Shown here piece by piece: positions 58,446 to 64,000 of a stretch of DNA of 64,000 bases; within the stretch, counting starts at the first letter, position 1, and each line of letters opens with the position of its first letter. The translations under genes were made by a program, and so were the position numbers. The DNA lies in assembly GCA_963666315.2 (NCBI GenBank), contig CAXXHG010000046.1, positions 107,803 through 171,802 on the forward strand. The letters run 5' to 3'. This DNA comes from Candidatus Binatia bacterium. Its GTDB lineage: Bacteria; Desulfobacterota; Binatia; Bin18. Below the pieces are notes generated by a model, which was not told the origin of the DNA, made no database searches, and worked only from the letters and a program-made list of their open reading frames with translations.

Positions 58446-60617
58446 TTTGTCGACGAAGCCCTGCGCTTCTTTGGCGATGAAGACCCAACTGTTGGTTCAC
58501 CCTGGGATAAAGGCGAAAGGCTAGCACAGCTGGTACGCGAGTCTCGAACCTTACTCGTCCTCGATGGCCTTGAACCACTCCAACACCTGCCAACATCCGG
58601 CGATGCAGGTCGGATCAAAGATCCTGCCCTCCAGGCATTGGTCCGCGAATTGGCAGCATCGAATCCAGGCATGTGCGTTATCAGCACGCGCCAGACTGTG
58701 GCGGACATCTCCGGTACGCTTACCATCGATCTGGAGCACCTCTCGGACAAAGCTGGCGCAGCACTCCTCAAGGCGCTGGGTGTCAAAGGTTTGCAGGAAG
58801 AATTGAAACACGCTTCTCAAGACGTGAATGGTCACGGGCTCGCGCTGACATTATTAGGCACTTATCTGAGTAAGGCGTATGACGGTGATGTACGTCGGAT
58901 TGGTGAAGTTGAACTACTCAAAGCGGATGATCGTCGAGGCGCGCACGCGCGTAAACTTATGGAGAAATACGAGCACTGGCTCGGCAATGGCTCAGAACTG
59001 TCGATCTTACGGCTCTTGGGACTGTTTGACCGCCCAGCAGAGGCTGGCTCGATTCAGGCCTTACGAACAGTACCGGCTATCTCTGGCCTAACCGATTCTT
59101 TAGTAAATTTAAGCCAAGAGGATTGGTCCTATGCCGTTTCAAATCTTCGAGATTGCGGTCTCGTCTCTCCAACAAGTTCTGGAGATTCTGATTCACAATC
59201 GTTAGACGCCCACCCCCTGGTCCGTGAGCATTTTGCTGAGCAGCTTACCGAACGCTTTCCAGACGCAGCCAAGGAAGCACACCGCCGCCTGTACGAGCAT
59301 CTCAAACAGTCCGCACCTGAACTCCCCGACACCCTCCAAGCCATGATGCCGTTGTACCATGCCGTGGCGCATGGGTGTAAGGCGGAGTTGTGGCAGGAGG
59401 CGTTGGACGACGTGTACCTTGAACGAATAGTTCGGCGTCAGGAGTGTTTCAGCATCAAAAAGCTCGGAGCATTCGGTACCGATTTGTCCGCAGTCTCTTG
59501 TTTCTTCGAAGAACTGTGGCAACGTCCGACTACGAACATAACTGAGGCTGACCGAGCATGAATACTGAACCAAGCAGGATTCCACTTACGCGCTCTTGGA
59601 CGACTGCAAGAAGCCACTGAACCTCTTAGGGCCAGTTTTGAAGCGACAATAGCGCAGCAGGAATGGCACCGAGGCGCCATATCCGCCTCCAATCTCAGCG
59701 AACTGCATCTGACGCTAGGCAACGTATCTGCCTCTGTGCGTGCCGCCGAACAGAATGTGGAGCTGGCCGACCGTAGCGGGGATGCCGCTGAGAGAACGGA
59801 AGATCGGGTGATAGTGGCTTATGCTCTGCACCAGGCTGCTCGCAACGCCGAAACCCTGGCAGCCTTTCGAAAGGCAGAGGTCTTGCAAAAAGAGAGGCAG
59901 CCAGACTACCCTCTGCTCTAGTCGGTGTGGGGCTTCTATTACTGCGATTTGCTGCTGGATGAGTCCTCAGCCCTCAGCTCTCAGAACTGAATGTAAAACC
60001 CAAAGACGTTGACACCACCCAATCCGCAATCGAGACTTGTCGCGAAGTACGAGAACGTGCTCGGGGTACGTTGAAGACTGCCGAAGATAGCGGATTATCT
60101 CTCCTCACCTTCGCCCTTGACCACCTAACGCTGGGACGGACACATCTTTTGGAGGCCCTACTTCAATCCGCAAGCCCAAATTCGCAATGGAGCAGGCAGA
60201 ACAACAGCTAAACGAGAGCGTCTCCCTCCTACGTCAGGCTGGGCAGCAAAATCACTTACCTCTTGGCCTGTTGGTCCGCGCGGCACTCCGTCGGGTGCAA
60301 GAACGGTTTACGACGGAGAATGTGATCTTGCCGAAGCCGAGTCCATCGCCAAGCGTGGCTCGATGCTGATCTTCCAGATTGATGCGGCGATTGAGCGATG
60401 TCGATTGCATTTGGCTATGGGGAAGCATGGCGCTGCGCGGGAAAGTCTTGAGCTGGCGAAGGAGTTGGTCAAGAAAACTGAGATGCCGTATGAGCCGCAA
60501 ATTCCCGATTGGGACGAGTGGGAGCCGCCGAGTTATGTGGGTGTTTTCCAGGAGGGCGAGATTGTTGGCTATCATCGGCGGAATCCTGAGATTGCGGTGT
60601 TGGAGGGGAAGGCGTAG
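58446..60617 (+). pseudogene. NB-ARC/STAND NTPase - TPR gene remnant lacking its P-loop, with multiple stops and frameshifts
   Basis: RTLLVLDGLE (Walker B), CVISTRQ, GHGLALTLLG (GLPL-like); in-frame TGA 59559-59561 and TAG 59919-59921, then at least 3 frame changes up to the conserved tail ..GSMLIFQIDAAIERCRLHLAMG..(60617). Confidence 0.6.
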
Positions 60618-60717
60618 GCATTCCGAGCCCCACCCGGTGGGTGCCCACGACGGGCTCCGACTGGCGATGAAACTTCATGTCCGGGCGGTAGGGGATGACG
60701 GACCACCGTTCGCTTCC

Positions 60718-60836
60718 CCCTTCGACTAGCTCAGGACAGGCTTCGACTGGCTGCTCATGAACGCAACCGTCGTCCGCAACGGAAAGGAAACCATTTTGAT
60801 TCCCCTCAACCCGTCGAAATGCTCAGGACAGGCTTA
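60718..60836 (-). repeat. two copies of the ..CCTGTCCTGAGC.. short repeat in non-coding DNA
   Basis: 60718-60747 and 60810-60836 contain GCTCAGGACAGGCTT, the reverse complement of the core seen inside the CDS at 20355-20423. Confidence 0.7.
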
Positions 60837-60870
60837 GTGCTCTCCCCAAAGGGACGAGGAAATTAAAGGC

Positions 60871-61401
60871 ATGAACACACAGCCTCACATCCAAACCGAA
60901 CGCCTTACCATACGTCCTCCAATCCTGAACGACCTCGACGACCTCCATCGTCTGTGGACTGATCCGGATGTCCGACGCTACTTGTGGGACGATCAGATCA
61001 TTCCAAAAGAACGCACAACACAAGAGCTGCATAAAACGATCGACTGCTTTGCTACACGCAGCTTTGGACTATGGGCCGTGTGTTTGAAAGGCCACACACA
61101 GCTTATTGGGATCTGTAGCTTTTTGCCTGAAGACAATCCTTGCGAAGCCGAACGCCTGTACGCCATTGCCCCGGCCTATTGGAAGCAAGGTTTGATCACC
61201 GAATCAGCCAAGGCAGTATTGTAATATGGATTTGAAAGCCTGGGCTTCTAGCGAATTATTGCCAGTGCGGATGTGCCCAATGTCGGCTCTATTCGGGTGA
61301 TGGAAAAGATTGGAATGTGTTTTGAGAAACAAGAGCCGGTCGATGGATTGGAACTGGTTTTTATTCGATTGGGCGGGAGGGCTCATGCTACAAAGCCCTA
61401 A
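60871..61401 (+). pseudogene. GNAT N-acetyltransferase with two in-frame stops
   Basis: TERLTIRPPILNDLDDLHRLWTDPDV..; TAA 61222-61224 (AKAVL*YGFE) and TAG 61249-61251 (LGF*RIIASADVPNVGSIRVMEKIGM); all in one frame to TAA 61399-61401. Confidence 0.7.
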
Positions 61402-61493
61402 AGGGCTCATGACAAAACTGCATGCCACGTTGTCAGTGCCTCGGCTCCTCCCCCCTGGATTCCCGTTTCCACGAGAATGCCTGTCCTTTTTGT

Positions 61494-61528
61494 GTCATAC
61501 CTGCGCAAGCAGGTATCCAGGCTTACGG
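61494..61528. repeat. hairpin repeat GTCATACCTGCGCAAGCAGGTATCCAGGCTTACGG
   Basis: Second copy of the element at 57957-57988. Confidence 0.8.
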
Positions 61529-61626
61529 AACAAGACGGAGTTTTGTTAGTAGCTCTGAGCCCGCTTGTCGTGCATTCAGCCCGAGTGGTAGAGTCTAGAT
61601 TCAGTTGCGCACCAGGGAATACTCAC

Positions 61627-61848
61627 ATGCTTAAGAGGGTTGAAGCGGTCATCGATAAAAATGGGAATGTTCGACTCCTTGAACCGATCCAACTTCCTAC
61701 CCCTCGCCGCGCTCTGGTTACGATTCTCGAAGACGCCTCTGAGAAAGGGGAACACGAAACTGCGCTACTCAGTGAGCCTGCTTTGGCAGAGGATTGGAAT
61801 CGACCTGAGGAGGATGCGGCATGGTCTCACCTTCAGCGGGAGCCGTAG
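61627..61848 (+). CDS. antitoxin-like small protein, no toxin partner
   Basis: MLKRVEAVIDKNGNVRLLEPIQLPTPRRALVTILED...LSEPALAEDWNRPEEDAAWSHL follows the pattern of small antitoxins that usually precede MazF/PemK-type toxins (from memory). Confidence 0.45.
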   Translation: MLKRVEAVIDKNGNVRLLEPIQLPTPRRALVTILEDASEKGEHETALLSEPALAEDWNRPEEDAAWSHLQREP

Positions 61849-61894
61849 TGGTCATTCCTTCCCTTAATCCTCATAACACAATTGGAGATACTAC

Positions 61895-62902
61895 ATGGGT
61901 CAAAAACGCTGGTCTCTTTCTGTTCCAATGGATGAAATTAGTCTGACCGAACATATTGAAATCGTCCGTGAGGCCGAGCAGTCGGGTTATACCGATGCGT
62001 GGTCGATGGAAGTCGATGGGATTGATTGTTTCGCCCCACTGGCGGCCATTGCCCAGGCGACCAAGCTGCGGGTAGGCACAGCCATAGCCAACGTCTATAC
62101 ACGTGGGCCGGCAACGCTGGCCATGAGTGCCGCCGGACTGGCCGAACTCGCACCCGGCCGCTTCTGTTTGGGCATAGGCGCGGGCTCGGCACCGATTGTT
62201 GAATTCTGGAATGGCGGCAAGTTTACCCGGCCTACCACCCGCGTGCGGGAGACGCTGGCGTTTTTACGACTGGCGTTCACGGGCGAACGGGTGACTTTTG
62301 AGGGCGAAACTTTTACGGTCAAAGGCTTTCGCCTCAGCCGCGTGCCCAAGCAATCCATTCCGATTCACGTTGGCGCCTTGCGGCCGATGATGCTGCGTAT
62401 TGCCGGCAAGTATGCGGATGGCGCGATTGTGAACTGGCTCGCGGTGGACGATGTCAAAAAATCGGTCGCCGTCGTGCGTGAAGCCGCCCAAGAGGCCGGC
62501 CGCAATCCTGATGATGTTGAAATCACCGCGCGTCTGTTTATCAGCGTTGACCCTCCTGGCCCTGCCGTCGATACCGGCATCCGGCGGCATATCAACACGT
62601 ATTTAAATGTCCCGGTATACAAAGCCTTCCACGAATGGCTGGGCCGCAGTGCGTCGCTTGGTCCAATGTGGGATGCCTGGGCTAGCGGAGACCGTAAGGC
62701 TGCGGTAGCTGCCGTACCGCAAGAGGTCATGAATGATTTGATAGTCCAGGGATCACCCGACGAGATGAAAGCCCAGGTTCAGCGCTATTTAGACGCTGGC
62801 GTGGATACCGCCTTTCTTCAAATGCAGTCGTTTGAAACCGACCCCGCGAAGAAACGCGAAAACATTCTGAACGCAGTACGGAATTTAGCGCCACAATCGT
62901 AG
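61895..62902 (+). CDS. LLM-class (probably F420-dependent) oxidoreductase
   Basis: ..GYTDAWSMEV.., RVGTAIANVYTRGPA.., RFCLGIGAGS are luciferase-like motifs; the cofactor class is inferred only. Confidence 0.75.
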   Translation: MGQKRWSLSVPMDEISLTEHIEIVREAEQSGYTDAWSMEVDGIDCFAPLAAIAQATKLRVGTAIANVYTRGPATLAMSAAGLAELAPGRFCLGIGAGSAPIVEFWNGGKFTRPTTRVRETLAFLRLAFTGERVTFEGETFTVKGFRLSRVPKQSIPIHVGALRPMMLRIAGKYADGAIVNWLAVDDVKKSVAVVREAAQEAGRNPDDVEITARLFISVDPPGPAVDTGIRRHINTYLNVPVYKAFHEWLGRSASLGPMWDAWASGDRKAAVAAVPQEVMNDLIVQGSPDEMKAQVQRYLDAGVDTAFLQMQSFETDPAKKRENILNAVRNLAPQS

Positions 62903-62922
62903 GGGTGCAATATGCTGCACGC

Positions 62923-63420
62923 TTATCTGCGCTCGAACGCCGAGAGCAGAAGATAGCCGACGCCCATCCCTAGATTGGCTTTCACAAGCTGGGTGTAGCG
63001 CTGGTGGAGCCGGGCGAATTCGTCCCGAAAGATCTGCTTCGTTGTATCAAAATTATCGAAGTCTTGGATCTCAACCGTCCGCAGATATTCCAGCCGGTCA
63101 CCCACCACGAGCGCATAATAGATCAGGGTGACCACCATGCTGACGACGAGCACGGTTTTCACAAAGCGCAGCATCGACCACCACTCCGAACGCAAGAGAA
63201 AATAAATTGCAGACACCGCCATGCAAACGGCAGCAATGAATTCGAGGCTATTTAGCTTCGATAGCACGGCGGCATTCACACTGCCGGCCAGATTGATGGT
63301 GGGAATTTCGCGAAAGACGGTTCCTGCCACAGCGAAGCCGAAGCCGACCAGAGCGCCCACCCATACGCCAGCACCGAGGTTCTCTAAAAAAAGAAAGATA
63401 CTGTCAAAGAAACGTTTCAT
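62923..63420 (-). CDS. DUF4149-like four-TM membrane protein
   Basis: 165 aa, four hydrophobic helices; N-terminus LENLGAGVWVGALVGFGF recalls DUF4149/TMEM205-like proteins. Confidence 0.45.
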   Translation of the reverse strand: MKRFFDSIFLFLENLGAGVWVGALVGFGFAVAGTVFREIPTINLAGSVNAAVLSKLNSLEFIAAVCMAVSAIYFLLRSEWWSMLRFVKTVLVVSMVVTLIYYALVVGDRLEYLRTVEIQDFDNFDTTKQIFRDEFARLHQRYTQLVKANLGMGVGYLLLSAFERR

Positions 63421-63606
63421 ACGTGCTCATTTCCGTTTGGCTACAATAAGAGGGTACATGGGGCATCAGTCACAACTTAAGGCTTAGTCCGGCTACTCGG
63501 TGTTCTATCCCCTCCAAGAGGGGAGGAGCTCGCTGGCGCTTCCAGTCCGTTCCTCCGCAGACAGCTCATTCCTCTTAAGTTGGGAGCAGTACACATGGGG
63601 CCGCCC

Positions 63607-64000
63607 CTACGACATTCCTAATCCGTGCCGCAAGATGCTTTCAAGAGTGGGAGAACGAAACGTATAACCACTAGCCAGCAGTTTGCGTGCTTCGACGCGC
63701 GCGCTGGACAGCAGCAGTTCATCCGCCATTTCTCCAAACGCCAAACGCGCGGCAAAAGCAGGCAGGGGAAAAATTGTTGGACGGCCAAGGACTCTGCCCA
63801 GGGTCTGAGTGTATTCCCGATTCGTGACCGCCTGCGGGCTCACCACATTGACCGGGCCGCTGAGTGAGTCCGTGACGATGGCATGATGAATCGCACCAAC
63901 AGCGTCATCCAACCCTATGCAGCTCATATACTGCTTGCCGTCGCCCGCGACGCCACCCAAGCCAAGCTTAAACGAAAGCAGCATCCTTTTGAGCGCTCCG
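63607..64000 (-). CDS. TIGR01777/YfcH-type epimerase-family protein (C-terminal DUF1731 part; the 5' end lies beyond the window)
   Basis: ..GDGKQYMSCIGLDDAVGAIHHAI......GPVNVVSPQAVTNREYTQTLGRVLGRPT..P.PAFAARLAFGEMADELLLSS.RV.P.KLL.SGY.F. Confidence 0.75.
   Translation of the reverse strand, partial: GALKRMLLSFKLGLGGVAGDGKQYMSCIGLDDAVGAIHHAIVTDSLSGPVNVVSPQAVTNREYTQTLGRVLGRPTIFPLPAFAARLAFGEMADELLLSSARVEARKLLASGYTFRSPTLESILRHGLGMS

Noticed and set aside
43516-59561. TGA codons at 43516 (GNAT), 49311 (VapC) and 59559 (NB-ARC/TPR) as further selenocysteine sites
   Set aside because: The context predicts Trp or Arg (..NRI*LHV.., ..AAKH*APKG.., ..DRA*ILNQ..), not a redox Cys. There is no CxxC-type motif and I saw no hairpin at SECIS distance. 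The same genes carry additional lesions.
8837-61251. Could the in-frame TAG/TAA codons (8837, 18351, 30333, 41560, 54643, 59919, 61222, 61249) reflect stop-codon reassignment, pyrrolysine or programmed read-through?
   Set aside because: TAG and TAA also terminate apparently intact genes at family-typical lengths: TAG for DUF1989 (2567), RidA (6949), GST (31144), the PQQ gene end (9557) and trpL (44308); TAA for PhyH (6933) and MBL (25904). The affected genes often carry frameshifts as well, and the positions are ordinary Gln/Trp-type sites rather than special catalytic residues.
15111-61528. Dispersed short palindromic repeats as a CRISPR array
   Set aside because: The copies are kilobases apart, belong to several unrelated families, occur in both orientations and lack regular repeat-spacer periodicity. 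They fit REP/MITE-type elements.

Overview
Bacterial chromosomal segment with diderm-type gene content (LspA, lipoproteins, DsbA/VKOR, SLT-LysM transglycosylase). It looks moderately GC-rich, but I did not compute this. I saw no rRNA, tRNA or CRISPR. There are roughly 45 protein-coding loci, mostly accessory redox and catabolic enzymes: five luciferase-like (LLM) flavin oxidoreductases, a Rieske oxygenase, two PhyH-type dioxygenases, an HpaB-type monooxygenase, a PQQ quinohemoprotein dehydrogenase, EthD proteins, an acyl-CoA dehydrogenase, and CocE/NonD and alpha/beta hydrolases. Also present are SelO, a fused TrpE(G), two Sel1-repeat proteins and two tandem adenylate-cyclase/STAND/TPR paralogues. 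Main observations: (1) Two thioredoxin-fold genes carry an in-frame TGA exactly at the first Cys of the CxxC motif: a DsbA-family gene at 36241-37281 and a two-domain glutaredoxin/GST-N-like gene at 57046-57780. Each TGA is followed 10-13 nt later by a hairpin with SECIS-like geometry, so both are candidate UxxC selenoproteins. (2) A 14-codon trpL-type leader peptide (WWW) and an intrinsic terminator lie upstream of trpE(G). (3) The load of disrupted genes is very high: at least 15 loci, 11 in-frame TAG/TAA/TGA codons that do not look like Sec sites, many 1-nt indels, 8- and 11-bp tandem duplications, and 12- and 14-nt repeat-mediated deletions. (4) Several GTAG-type REP hairpin families are present, one of which flanks a frameshifted RAYT gene. 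There is also a decayed IS30 element that truncates a DJ-1/PfpI gene, and a VapC/antitoxin pair bracketed by ~140-bp direct repeats. All family assignments rest on motif recognition by eye and on recalled family consensus; no database search or folding program was run.
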